Of a stretch of 64,000 nt of DNA, positions 37,885-51,611 are shown piece after piece. The stretch lies in assembly GCA_010015585.1 (NCBI GenBank), contig ML975159.1. One strand, written 5' to 3'. Below the pieces are notes generated by a model, which was not told where the DNA came from, did not search any database, and worked only from the letters and a program-made list of their open reading frames with translations. The position numbers and the translations under genes were made by a program. Within the stretch, counting starts at the first letter, position 1. Every line of letters begins with the position of its first letter. The DNA comes from Eremomyces bilateralis CBS 781.70 (Eukaryota).

Positions 37885-38788
37885 CTACCACCATTTCACA
37901 CCGAAGACCGTCGATGACCCCGACTTCTCATCCTTCTTCCCCGCCTCGTTCTCCAAAAATATCCGCTGGTGACCCTGGACGTCCAGATACAGCTGATAAT
38001 ACTCAAAATCCCCACCCGGCCGCCTCGTCATGTGGACGCGGCAGATGCCACGATTGACGGGACCGTCGACCTACTTCAATTAGACAAATAGAAACTACCA
38101 GTGGCGGGTGACCTACGTGAAAATGCATATACAAATGCTCCATCCCCACCCGATCCTTTTCAATCCGTGATCTTCGATCGGTTAGCCGATCCACCGCTGC
38201 GTTTCAGAAAAGCAACTTACGCTATCGATCGGTTTCGCGTCCACTTATTCCAGCTCGCCTCTCCATGCGCGTAAATCTTCTTTGGATCCCCCAAGATACG
38301 CACGCAGTTCGGATCGTCTTTGATCCGCTCCACCGCGCGGTCAAAGACCCGCGTTTTGCTGTCGGTGGCGAAGACCTCCTTGTATAGGAAGTACGATACG
38401 CCGCCCTGTTCGAGAATCAGTAAATATTCAAAACAGGATAGCTTACGGGCTGATTTTTTCTATATCTTTCTTTTCTTTTAAAAAGGGGCAAAGGCTGGCA
38501 TACCGTCAACACCACTCCCACCACGATCACCAGAAAATTAAACGACTGCTGCGTCGTCCGCGCGGCCTTCTCGCCCATGCTCAGGTCATTCCACTGGACC
38601 CGTCCATCGTCGCTGATCACCGTGATCGCTTTCCGCTGCGAACGAGGCGGCTCGGGCTTGCTTCCCAAGTTGCTCTGTGTGGCATATGGGCGTGCCAGCG
38701 CGCGTGGGGGGTGATGGGTTAGGAACGACAGCGGCGCCCGGCGGGCGGCACATATGGATCTGGTGGACATTAGATGGAGGATTCTCAT
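37885..38788 (-). CDS. tim21: Mitochondrial import inner membrane translocase subunit Tim21
   Basis: Presequence, then DDGRVQWNDLSMGEKAARTTQQSFNFLVIVVG, RAVERIKDDP and AHGE..RNR. Ends ..FGVKWW*. Three introns. Confidence 0.9.
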
Positions 38789-39193
38789 GGAGGCTTCTTG
38801 ATTCTCATTTTGGATCCATGGGGATAGGGGGCATGGTCGAAGGGCCAAGTTATATCTTCATGAGAATTGAAGCCGTCGACCGGACTGGGTGTCCTCTGCA
38901 TGTGCAAGGGTCTTTTCAGGCCCATAAATTCCGGGCTCAGCCACAGCCACTTCAGAGCACGTGACGTGGCTAATGTGGCGTTACACAACTTTTGCCTTAG
39001 TGCCTGAGGCTTAATTGTGGCGACTACGACCCTCGGTCGCTCTTGTCTCAGCACGAGCCGACAATCGACGTGAAGCTATTCCGCCATCAAGGACATGCGA
39101 ATTTATTTAATAGATCGATCCGCTTGATTCTCTCCAAGCCCTACTGGCTCTTGAGCACCGCCTGCCGGATACCATTCCCCCAATTTCCTCATC

Positions 39194-40561
39194 ATGAGCT
39201 CCGGCTCAACAAGACGATGGCAATATGTCGCCGACCTTCTCATGGCCGCCGCCCTCGTACGTCCATCGTCATCATATACAGGATAGCAGACACGACTAAC
39301 AAGCACGATGTAGCCCGTCATGACCTACCTTGCCATGAAGACTCTCCTCTCCCACCTCGACTTCGGCACTGGCGACCGTGAAAAGGACAAGAAAGACGCG
39401 GCGGCGGCGGCGCGAAAACTGGACCGGCTACTGGCTGCACGCGACAATACTTACGAGGACGACGTCGACAAGAGAAAGAATCTGGAGTTGACGCAGTATG
39501 AGAGGCAGATAGCATTGGAGGTGGTCATGCCGAGTGACATCCCCGTGTCGTTCAAAGGTGAGTCGCAGTTCAAGACAAGAGAGGGAACCTCAGGCTGATC
39601 AATATGCGCTGCAGACATTGGAGGTCTAGACGATATCATCGAAGAGCTTCGCGAATCTGTCATTTACCCACTTACCCTCCCCCACCTCTACTCGCGCTCC
39701 TCTTCCCTCCTCTCCGCCCCATCCGGCGTCCTCCTCTACGGCCCCCCTGGCTGCGGCAAAACCATGCTCGCCAAAGCCCTCGCCCACGAATCCGGTGCCA
39801 CCTTCATCAACCTCCACATCAGCACACTCACCGAGAAATGGTACGGCGACTCCAACAAGCTCGTCAACGCCGTCTTCAGCCTCGCCCGCAAACTCCAGCC
39901 CTCCATCGTCTTCATCGACGAGATCGACGCCCTGCTCGGCACCCGCCGCTCCGGCGAGCACGAGGCGAACGGCATGGTGAAGGCCGAGTTCATGACGCAC
40001 TGGGACGGGTTGACGTCCGTCGACGCCGCCGGCAGCGCCCAGCGGATCTGCATCCTCGGCGCGACGAACCGCATCCAGGACATCGACGAGGCGATCCTCC
40101 GGCGCATGCCGAAGAAGTTCCCGGTAGCGTTGCCGAGCGCGCACCAGCGGCGGAATATCTTCAAGCTGATTCTGAGCGACACGACAATGGACCCGGATTT
40201 CGACCTGGATTATCTGGTGAAGCTGAGCGCGGGGATGAGCGGGAGCGATATCAAGGAGGCCTGTAGGGATGCGGCTATGGTCCCGGTGAGGGAGAGTATA
40301 CGTGCCTTGCAGAAGAAGAACGTCGGACGGGACCTGCGGGCGGCGGATATCAAGGAGATCCGTGGCGTGCGGACGGCAGATTTCTTCGGCAAAGGCGCAG
40401 GCATGGGCTATGCGGTCACCAACCAGACCCAGACTACCGACGATATTGATGCGAGCCCCGCAGGGAGCAAGCGTGGGGTGGATAGTGACGCAGAAGGCGA
40501 TAGCTCATACACGGATACGGAGGAAGAGGTGGAAGAGGTGGAGGCGGCCGCGAGAACTTAG
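39194..40561 (+). CDS. msp1: Msp1/ATAD1 outer-membrane AAA+ dislocase
   Basis: N-terminal TM segment, LTQYERQIALEVV, DIGGLDDIIEELRESVIYPL, Walker A GPPGCGKT, KWYGDSNKLV, Walker B IVFIDEID and FMTHWDGL. Confidence 0.95.
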
Positions 40562-40803
40562 AGATGTTCCTTTGGCTAGGGGAACATGTTGTATCATCTT
40601 GCATGGGTCGGCGTTGGCTGGGACTCCATCCGTACGGTTAAGGCGACATGATGCGGTCACGGCAATTCACCATTTCAGCGGTATATATTGGGTAGATAGA
40701 CGAGCTAACGGACAGGACGGGTTCTCCAATCTTCATGTACGAAGGCGAATTTCAAGAGATCTGTTTTGAACGCATCCATAATCCTATTTCCAAACACCAA
40801 ACA

Positions 40804-42411
40804 TCAAACGTCTCCCCACTTCTCCACCAATAGGTCCGCTTTCTTCCCCTCCCATCCCTCCTCTGTCTCCGCTTTCCGCATCGCATTTCCCACCGCCGCG
40901 ACCCTCTCTTCCAGTTTGCGCAACAGGTCACTCCTCTTCGGATGTTTCTTGTCTCCATCCTCCAGGTCCCCGAATTCCGCATCACTACCTCTCCATACCT
41001 CAACCAACACCTTCTCCAGATCCTCCGCTTCACGGTCCACCTCCCTCGCCACCATCCGGAGTCCACTGCTGTCCAAAGCGCCTGCTTGCGCGGCGATCTT
41101 GCGACTACGGATGGTGAGGGCGGCGGCGATCTCCCGGGTCGTTTTGACGGCGTCCGCTCGCTCTGCTTTAACACCTAGATGTGTCAGGAGAGACTCCGCG
41201 GCTGTGACATGAGAACCGGGTGCTGCCGCCTTCTTCGATGATGCAGTCGAATCGGAACGTTGCCGATCAGACGCCGCGGTTCCGGAAACATGGGAAGCAA
41301 GGGCATCTAGCGAAGTTGCGATAGACAGGAGGAATTGGATGTGAGTTCTCGTTTCGTCAAGTCGCTTGATCATGAATTCGACGGACGACATGGAATACCG
41401 CGCCGTCTGGCCTTGGCTCGCCGTCTGGCTTCGCGAGCTCTCAGCGAGGGCCTTCGACAGCGGTCCGCGCAGGGTGGAATTAAGACCTAGTTCAATCACG
41501 GACGGAATCTCGGCGGTCAGCGTTCCTAGTTCGGTTTTGAGCTCCGCGATAGCGGAGGGGAGGTCTTGATCCGGCACTGGCAGCCGCTGCTGCGAAAGGG
41601 CTTCCAGAAGGGCACGTTGGTAGATATAGTCAATGTTTGCTCTTATCGCAGCAGAACGAAGGGCGATCAGCGCAGCGAGGTTTTGCTCGGCGGCGGCGGC
41701 ATCGATCGTGCTGGCTTCGGGGCTGGAAACCTTTGCGAGGGCGGAGAGGACACGATCGTCGGCCTCGAAGGTGTCCTGCACGACGGCATGCGTGGATTTG
41801 AGTGCGGACGTGGTCTGATGGCGCATCGCCTCAGTTGAGCTGTTCACGACATGCGATAGTTCCTCGACCTGGCTGTGTGAGTAGAGATACGATGAGACAT
41901 GAAGAAGAAGCCTACTGCGACCTGGAGCTGCCCACTCTCTTGCGCGTTCTTCTTGCTCCCCATCTCAATGGCCGATCGATATCGGGAGGAGGTTTCGCGA
42001 TTCTGGGACTTGATGGCTAGTAATGCCTGCTTCTGCGTCTCTAGATTCTTGCACTGCCGCTCGATTGCTTCGGTCGAGGCTTCGAGCGCTTCAATGGCGG
42101 CAACCATCTCGTCTTCCAGCAATGGACTGCCTTGGACCGGAATAGGTTCCTTGTTCGCCCATTTTGGCGCAAGCTGGCGGTATCTAGCGGAGTTAGAAGG
42201 AAATACTCATAGTCCAATGAAGAACATCGTACAGTGCTTCCTCCTCGAAGCTGAGCAAGGTCTCGTCATGCAGGTACCGTTCTACCCATGACAGGATCGC
42301 TTCTCTAGTCTGAGAAGATTCAAATGCCCATTTGACATCGTCCGCCCCCAATGGAATTCCTCGCTCTTCAAGAACGGCTAATAAAGTCTGGAGTTCCACC
42401 TCTCGCGGCAT
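40804..42411 (-). CDS. Conserved fungal coiled-coil protein (possibly an augmin/HAUS-like subunit)
   Basis: Three ORF pieces (42193-42411, 41844-42122, 40804-41847) joined by GT-AG introns. Helical and heptad-rich. The family assignment is tentative. Confidence 0.7.
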
Positions 42412-43224
42412 GACGATGTGCGATTCGGAAGCAGCCTGGCTTTACTGGGCAGGCTTCAATATGGTACGGTATATTTATGGATTTGACGAGCACAAAGTGG
42501 TCTTCGTGCTAATCGACTTGCTTCGACACGTAGAAATCACAAGCTTTAAAGATGGTCGGAGTATTTACAAAGTATTTACAAAGTCAACTTTCCTGCCCTC
42601 GTAGTTAAACGGTACGGGACGCCGCGACCCCCTGGTCCCAAAGCACGGCCTTTGCGATCCCCCTTTGCGCTAAACATTTAGGCTTGTCATCCCCGAGACT
42701 TGATCCGACATCACTTCAGTCCTTCATTTCCGTTATGGACTCATTGTCCATCAAGCCGTTGCAAATTCTGCTTTCCCGATTCCAAGATGGTATCGAATAT
42801 CTCACGCACTCTTACTGGACGTATGGATTGTACCATCGATGGGGTTGGCCATCGCGCCTCAATGAGAAGACCTCCGTCTCCGTTTGTCCTTCGGTCCATT
42901 ATCATCGTCCATGAAACCAGCTCGGGTACCCGGAGATTAATTTAAACAAACATACAGGGTTTATCAAGGCGCAATGGCAATGGATTGTGGAAATATACTT
43001 GGGTACTTCTACAGAGGATTTGTTTGGCACGCGTATCGGAGCTACAGTATATGACAGGCAAACCACGATCATGACTGGATACTTGAAGTACCAGCTTTTC
43101 GTCTCGGATGATCGTTCCAGCTCTTATCATAACGTCAACCACACGGACTTGGCCTCCTGCTAAGCCCTTCTCTGCAGAGTCGCCTAACGCCCTTTCTGAT
43201 CTCACTGACAACAACCATACCATC

Positions 43225-43787
43225 CTAATACCGCCTGAACCAGTCCACCCCCCTCACATACTTATCAGTCAGATACCCGACCACGAACGCATACACCGTC
43301 TTATGCACCAAATCAACTGTCTGCTCCTGAATCGGCCACTTCCACGGCGCCGCGCTCGCCCCCGCCGCATTCTCCACGATCTGATCCCCCACGAGCCGCA
43401 CCCCCCCGAAGAAGTAACTGGTCACCGGACCGATGATGCCGTAGTACGACATGATCGCACGCAGCGGCGCCATCAGTATGGCCATGCCGAAATGATGCGC
43501 GTGGTTGAGCAGGACCCAGTGCCTGGATGCGAACGTCGTGCCGTAGAGGCCGAGATGCGTCGCGATGGTACGGGCGGGGACGTAGGAGTTGGGTCGGTGG
43601 GTGATTAATTGCTCGAACTTGGACGACAGGAGCATGCTGGGATCGATGTTAGTTGCTGGACTTCGATTGTGTGGGCGGTTTCGTACGCGAGACCACCTGC
43701 GGCGCCGGTACCGATGCCGATGGCTAGAGTTTGCCCGAAGGTGACCCGTGGCGAACGAGGATATGTCGCTTTTGCATCCCACGCCAT
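43225..43787 (-). CDS. Small conserved multi-pass membrane protein of unknown function
   Basis: MAWDAKATYPRSPRVTFGQTLAIGIGTGAAGGLA, one intron (GTACGA..CTAAC..CAG), then MLLSSKFEQLITHRPNSYVPARTI..ENAAGASAAPWKWP..DLVHKTVYAFVVG. Confidence 0.75.
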
Positions 43788-44930
43788 CTTGTCAACTATA
43801 CTGTTCTCTGTGCTGTATTTCAGTAGTTCAATTGAGTGCTCGATAATCCAGATTCGTGTGATAGACATAGAGCTGAGGTTGTGGTGGTCAACTTGGATCA
43901 GGTCCAACGTCATCCTGACGAGTGGGATAGAGTTGGTATACAAGGGTGCATCGTCGACCATTGTTGGCCATATATTTTTCTATAAGACTTACGTGTACCA
44001 AACAATTCTAATGATGAAGTATAATTGATGAGGGCATGAGTGATTGAATGAGCGACTTTCAATGGTGTATCCTGTTGAGTATAGACTGACACAATCCATC
44101 GTCTCAGGGGTAACTACACTTCAGGCAGCCATCAGATAACACAGACATGGTAAACAGAGTCGTAATCCATATGTTCAATTAACCCAATTCCATTTAGTAA
44201 GAAAGATCGGGCGAGTGATGTAGTGGTTACGATTGTGTATTAACCACTAGTTATGTAGTCGTAACAACTAACTACATCTCACTTCCCGCATGTTGTTTCC
44301 TGAAGTACTGTGGTTAAAAAAACCCGTAGTTATCAATAAATGATTTCTACAAGGTTTCTACGGTACCGGCCTTCATAGTTTTTATTCTTTTTTTCTTGGA
44401 AGTCATGCTTTGTTTTACTTTATAGGCGAGAGATATTGGCATGATCTACTTGGTGCCTAGAGGAAGACTTGGCTAGGGAAGATAGGTATGTTCTGGTACC
44501 TCGAGAGCGAAATATAGGGACTTAGAGCAGTTTAGCTGCAGGGCACAAGTTCGAGTCAGGAAGTCCTAGTATTATTTTTTCTGTGATTTCATATCCCATA
44601 TCATTTTCAAGTCCCTGGGCACTTTATGGTTTATTTGAATTATTTGGATCAGTATCAGACAACTCGTATCAGCGGATATTCGTACTTCATCATACCAATA
44701 CCCGTGAAGTGGTTTGATTCTCTGCTACTTTACACTGGTCGCATGTAGGATGCGCGGGTAGACATGATTTGAAGTCATCTATAGTATATAAATGTATTAA
44801 CTCCGAATTTCACCATTAGGATCAAGTGTGGTATTTGTGTACACCCCGTTTTCAGCCCTACCAATCCGCGGTACCACGACTCACACCCTCCGAGCTAAAA
44901 TTTGGTCTCACTATCCGTTTCGTGGATCGT

Positions 44931-46100
44931 TTAGTTCAGTAGTTGTAGATTCGGCTGTGGGCTGGGTTCATGCTGCCGCCTGGCCGCCTCTGCAGCGGCG
45001 TTGAAGAAATCCTGGGGGCTATGGGGCTTATAGCCGGTGATATCATGGAACGCTATGGTGGAGGTGAAGGTGATCTTTCCCTCGGAAACCAATGTAAGTA
45101 ACTCGAGCAGGCAATTGGGGTCGTAATGGAAGCCTTGGGAAACTCGAGCCCAATTACTCCTTGATACCCGGCTGCATTATTTAGCTAACCCTGGCACATT
45201 TAGAACCATTGCGCGGAAACTTACTGACTGGCGCTCTTGAAGTCTATCTGAATTCCAAAAGCTGCACTAGCCGCCGTCGCCAGTTCTCGTCCAGTGACTA
45301 ACACGGGGCCAGTGCAGATTATGAGTTGCCCATGGTGACGGTCATCGAAGCCATGCTGGCCATGGCCTGTCAATATATGTGCCGCAAGAAGAGCGAGGTC
45401 CTTCTAGAAGTTAGTAGATTTCGTATTGCGTGGATCACTCGTTTCTTACTGTCAGAGCCATTGGCGCAAACCGATCATGATCGTCAATAGGAAGGAACAT
45501 GGTGGCGGTATTATCCTGGCCGGTATCCTGGCCTGCATTGAATTGCGCGGAAACATTATCAGTGTAGAACCCCGGGCTGATCGACCATTAATGTTGAATG
45601 TCATATGGCAGAAGTTAAGCTTACCGAATCACAACAGGAGAGTAACGGAGAGGAGAATCGGGATCTCTCATGGTATTAAGAAGATATCTCTCCATGTCAA
45701 AGAAAAGACGAAGCCCGGGCTGCCAGTGCGGGTCGGCAACATCACACCCCACCGAGCTAATGAAGCAGATATTGGGGATACCCAAGAGCTTGGCTGCACT
45801 AACAATGTCGAGGAGAATATGGAATCTCTCCCCGTTCGCAGGAGGAACCAAACAGATGGTATCGCACCCACCCATCTGCAGTGCTCGGAGAATCTCGTAT
45901 TCATACCGACGCCGGTGTGGAACGACGGCAGCTCCGCACCTCCCCAAAAATTTCACCCTGTCGGAATCAGGGTGCGTTGTGAGGGCTACGACCCTGTTGA
46001 TCTTCGCGCAGAAATCTATATGGATCAAAAGAGTCTCGGCAATACGGAAACCGATCTGGGTCTCGGCAGCAGTGACACAGACCCATCGATTGTCGACCAT
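44931..46100 (-). CDS. NmrA-like NAD(P)-binding Rossmann-fold protein
   Basis: Four exons splice in frame: MVDNRWVCVTAAETQIGFRIAE, DTICLVPP, FISSVGCD, VIRPGFY, FAPMALTDLALLAAHILTG..GFDDRHHGQL..TGP and TIAFHDITG. Confidence 0.8.
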
Positions 46101-47230
46101 GGCTAGGAGAGTCAGTGATTAGAATGACTGAGAGGTTGGTGGATGTCAGAAGACTTAAGAGATGATCGAAGCAGAGCGGATGACTGTGTAGCGAAGAAAA
46201 CTGTGACAGTCACGGTGTTCGGATAGGAAGGATATGTGTTTATGCGCTTTTCAGCGAACGTGTAAAGTGAAAATTGAAGAGAAAGACTTGATATGTAAGG
46301 CACCTTAGAATGTGAAACTAAATGTAACAATCCGAGCATCCACCGTCCCTGGGGCTGTGGGAACCATGCTCTCGATCGTGTCTGGTCAAGAGGTTCGGAA
46401 TTCCTAGGTGCTGCCAGAATTTCTCGCAATGCAGATGATGCTTTCGAAAAGGGTTCTCGTAAATGACTCGCTCGTAGTGACTGGATTTAGGAATATTGAT
46501 TGGAGATGATTATTTCTTGGAGCTTAGAGGTGAATTGTTGCATCACGATGTTGTGTGATCTCAAGAATCCAAGATTGAAGAAACAATAATCGAATGGAAG
46601 ACTGAAGATGCAGTGACATTGAAGCTCGTGACAGGGGGCAGGACAACACATTTTTGGTTGGGCATGTACGACCGCGACTGAAAATAGGAAGAACGCAGAC
46701 GCTTAGTGGAAGTAAAATGGGTCTTTGGGTCTTTTCATCTTTTCCTCTCCGAAAAAATCTTATATAGATCATTCGCCAGCAAGGATGCGTCATGTTCGCA
46801 CCTACTGTTCAAATAATCCAGTAGACAGATTAGGGTTTCACGATGTTTTCAGAGTGGTGGATAGCCATAATGCAACGAATATTCAAACCCGTCCTGGGTA
46901 AAGAGACGAGAAGGAATTACCTACCTACGCAAAAGGAAATCTTACATTAACAGATACACAGCTTAACCCCAATCTACAAATCATCAGGGGTGACGTTGTC
47001 ACATAATGCATGGGTAGTGCAAATACATTATTTGGGGCCGGACCACTGGTCGCCGCCTTCCTCATCCCCGTCGCTCGGATACTGTCGAATCAGTCGATAG
47101 GCGACTGGATACTGTGCCGCGATCTGGCCGGCGTCGGCCTAGTGGAATAAGTCTCGGTGGCGCGCAAACCCCTCCAGTTGTCGGACGCGGATAGGAGTCT
47201 CGAGGCTTGCGGGGATCTCGTGGGTGGTAT

Positions 47231-48304
47231 TCAGGGCCCGCGCGTCCATGAACGCCAAGTTCCGAATGGCGTCCCTGCTCGCCTGCGGCTATGAACGAAC
47301 GGTATCCATGGCATCGGCTTCGTCGTGGCGGATGATAACGCGGGGCCACCGTCCGCGAGCTGGGACCAGGGGAACGTTGCGTTGGGATCGACCCGTCCAC
47401 CGTAGATAAAGGACTTCATGAGTCCCTTGTGCCCTCAGCGGGCGTGCCGACGTGTGTTCTCGACGTTGGCCACGATGAGTTGGATGCCAGTAAAGGGATG
47501 CGGCTGATTAGGACGGAACCGAATGGCGAGGTTGTCCCGTACTGGGATCCGGGGGTTCCAGTTGATATATCCGGTGTCCAGGTTGAGGAGCGGCTGGTAG
47601 AACGGGAAGGGCGCCATGCGGTTCTGGTCCCACCCAAGGTTATAAAGGCTGCAAGACCGTACAAATGGTTGTCAGGGTAGTCCTATTGCCTCGCCAATGG
47701 TTCCGCCAGCGTGCCGTAAGAGAAGGTAAGCTCCATGGCGTCAAAACTGCTCCCTGCGGGGCCATTCGGGAGACCAAAGCCTAATATGTGTTGTAGCAGC
47801 TCGTTAGGGAGCGAGAGGAGCGGGGAGTAGGAAGGCTGCGTGGGAATGGTAATGTTTGTGACGGCTGGAGTATTATTATTAACCGTCGTATCTGCCCCTT
47901 TTGCTTCCTCCTCCTCCTCCTCCTCCTCCTCCTCCCCCCAAGCGGTTATGACAAGAGGTATGTGGTTCGCCCAACGGCAGTTCATGCGTGTCGGTTGGGG
48001 CTACTTGAACCACGGAATGCATTTCGCCAGACAAAGACTCTCGATGATATGAGCATATAATCAAACATGCATTCCTCGGCCCAACGTGGATCAGAGCTCT
48101 TTTGAACAATCTATTATCAACCGGTATAGATGTAGACACGACGGTCGGATTCAGATTGTTTAGCATAGACAAAATCACGCCTCCGGCATTAGAGGGCTCC
48201 TTGGAGTGTCTAATATGACAATGACGGGATGGGCAGAAGTCCGCGGGTGTTCCGCCAGCACCGTGCGGTGAATCCATCTGGATGGGCTTCATTCTCTCTG
48301 GCAC
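47231..48304 (-). pseudogene. Fragmented gene remnant with an F-box-like motif and poly-Glu tract
   Basis: SPLLSLPNELLQHILGF resembles an F-box start. Successive short ORFs are interrupted by stops and frame changes with no convincing splice sites. Confidence 0.35.
47906..47935. repeat. (TCC)10 microsatellite
   Basis: Directly visible perfect trinucleotide repeat. Confidence 0.95.
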
Positions 48305-48450
48305 GTCTATGGACAGAACAGAATATACGGGATACTAGTTTCCGTTCTAACGAGATGGTTGTGCTGCGTGTACGACTATCGGACAAGTGTTGGACCGCCT
48401 TGGACGTTGGTCTGGTAAGGTGTAAGGGGTGGTCGGTTAGTAATCAGTTT

Positions 48451-48525
48451 GTCACGTGGATTGCTTGTTAGTTGTGGCCCGCTTGTTGGACCCTCCCCCT
48501 GTCCTCCCCGACGCGTCGGACGCGT
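48451..48525 (+). promoter_or_regulatory. Thymidylate synthase promoter: GTCACGTG E-box plus two MCB (ACGCGT) boxes
   Basis: GTCACGTG at 48451-48458. ACGCGT at 48511-48516 and 48520-48525, ~100 bp upstream of the ATG. MCB boxes are the established G1/S elements of yeast CDC21/TMP1. Confidence 0.7.
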
Positions 48526-48626
48526 CTTCCGAAATCTTCCCGATTTGGGATATTGGATTTACCCCCTCCTCAAAATAATGTTAAATAGCGAAAGCAATCG
48601 GACCCATATCACTTCAGACATTGAAC

Positions 48627-49727
<1,101 letters not shown>

Positions 49728-49944
49728 AAGGGTTTCAACCCATGCCTTTTATGATAGGGAGATAGCAATGTATAAGAGGGCGTGGAATCCACCACTCCGA
49801 GGCTCCTAAGTCTATGACAACCACGCTGTGCCAATATCAATGTCGTAATATTTTGACGCCCCAAAGACATTCTGGGTATCCTAGAGAAGACATAGTAGAC
49901 GTTCAAAACGCCGCGCAATGCATGATAAGATCGCTCCGCTACTG

Positions 49945-50856
49945 TTACCAGTCATAAATCCATCCGTTATGGTTCTGCATAAACTCTTCGCACGCCTGTC
50001 GAAGCGCGATATTCGGGCGCAAGTCAGATATGTGGAGGGGTTCTCGCGTGATAGGATCGGTAGGAGTTCGTTTCAGGTGCTCGAGAATAGTCGCTCGTTC
50101 ATAGGAGTTTCCATTCTTCGTGATCACCGGATCATGCATGATCTCGAAGGAGATCGTATCGACGAGGTGGTCCGGCACTTCCTGCACTCTGATCAACAAA
50201 CATCCATCCACACGCCGATCGAACCAACTTACCCGCCTCGTCAAATGTTCCGGATCCGCCATCCCAAACACGTTCCTCAACTCCTCCACCCGCAACCTTC
50301 CCACGTCCTCACACCTCTCAATCTCCTCCCGCGCCCCCACCTCCCCAATCTCTCCCATCGCCTCCTTCTCCCGAATCTCCTCTACCTCCCCCTTCATCTC
50401 CCGCTCCAACTTCTCCGTCAACTCCCCCAGCAGCTCGTTCCGCCGCCGCAGCCGCTCCCGCTCCCGCATGTCCCACTTCGCCTTCTTGCACCGTAGCACT
50501 AGCGCGCTGATCGTGTACGCATTGACCGTCTGCGTCCGACTGCTGCAGCACAGCTCATACGCCGTCAGCGCGCTGGTAAGCGCTTCGTTCGGGTGGTGGA
50601 GCTCGAGCTGTGCCTGCGCGAGGTAGAAGTACGCTTTGAGGTTGTCGCGGAGGAGCTCGATGCTGCGGAGGCAGTCGTCGATCACCTCGGCGTGTTGCTG
50701 TAGGCGGAGTCGTGCGTTCGCTCGGTTCGTGTAGAGGAGGGGGTTGCTGGAGTTCTTCTGGATCGCTTGGCCGTAGAGGGCGGCGGCGGAGGCGTAGTCG
50801 CCGGCGCGGTAGGCGGTGTTGCCTTTCTCTTTGAGGGCCTCGGCGTGGTGGGCCAT
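49945..50856 (-). CDS. CHIP/STUB1-like TPR plus U-box E3 ubiquitin ligase
   Basis: TPR (AEALKEKGN..LYTNRANARL), middle coiled coil and U-box (VPDHLVDTISFEIMHDPVITKNGNSYER..DPITREPL..LRPNIALRQA). Intron 50182-50232. Confidence 0.93.
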   Translation of the reverse strand: MAHHAEALKEKGNTAYRAGDYASAAALYGQAIQKNSSNPLLYTNRANARLRLQQHAEVIDDCLRSIELLRDNLKAYFYLAQAQLELHHPNEALTSALTAYELCCSSRTQTVNAYTISALVLRCKKAKWDMRERERLRRRNELLGELTEKLEREMKGEVEEIREKEAMGEIGEVGAREEIERCEDVGRLRVEELRNVFGMADPEHLTRRVSWFDRRVDGCLLIRVQEVPDHLVDTISFEIMHDPVITKNGNSYERATILEHLKRTPTDPITREPLHISDLRPNIALRQACEEFMQNHNGWIYDW

Positions 50857-51611
50857 AATGGGATTGAGTGCGGGGGATTAAGAATAGCGATGGGAAGATG
50901 CGGAGAGAACAAGTAACTTGCAGAGGCAGGATTGAGGTATAATATTAATGATCATTTTTGTCGTGATATAGTGATATAGTGATAAAGACCCGTAACCTGG
51001 AGTCAACACGCTGCGATTCGTCCTCGATCTTGCGCATCAGCTTACTGCTGAGGCTTGAGCCGGAGAGGAGACAAGACGACTTGGAAGGTTCTGGAACACG
51101 ATATCGGTATGCACGGCATCAGACTGGTGTCTTTTTAGTCGATGTGGAATGCCCCGCAAACACACTGGCAACTTTGAACTTACGGACGGTACTTTCTAAT
51201 CGTTGCTCCGAGCCTCTTACGGCAGTAAAGGCCGGAGAACCAGGGGCGAGGACCCTTATTCCCTCCATAATACCCGAACTTATGGTCCAGCAACTGGTGT
51301 GATTGAACAAGGTCCCAGTATTTCGAGCTATCCATAACACCCTGATTTTGGAAGAATAGCTGTGATTGCTATTGAACTACGATCTAACTGTTGGCTGAGT
51401 GGTAGGTATACTAACAAAATCCTACGAAATCCTTCGAAATCGAATGGAGATTTCCCATCCATCCTCGTCCGTATTCCAGACAAAGTTCTATTACTCTACT
51501 GTAACATATGACAGATTCCATCTGACCCGAACGCCTAATCGCTTGACAGGTACCATATTCAACATAGTCCCATATACAAACCCAAACAATCGCTCGCTCC
51601 TCATCTCCCGT

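Noticed and set aside
50182..50232. 17-aa apparent insertion before the CHIP U-box
   Set aside because: It is an ordinary 51-nt GTAAGT..CAG intron that happens to be in frame.
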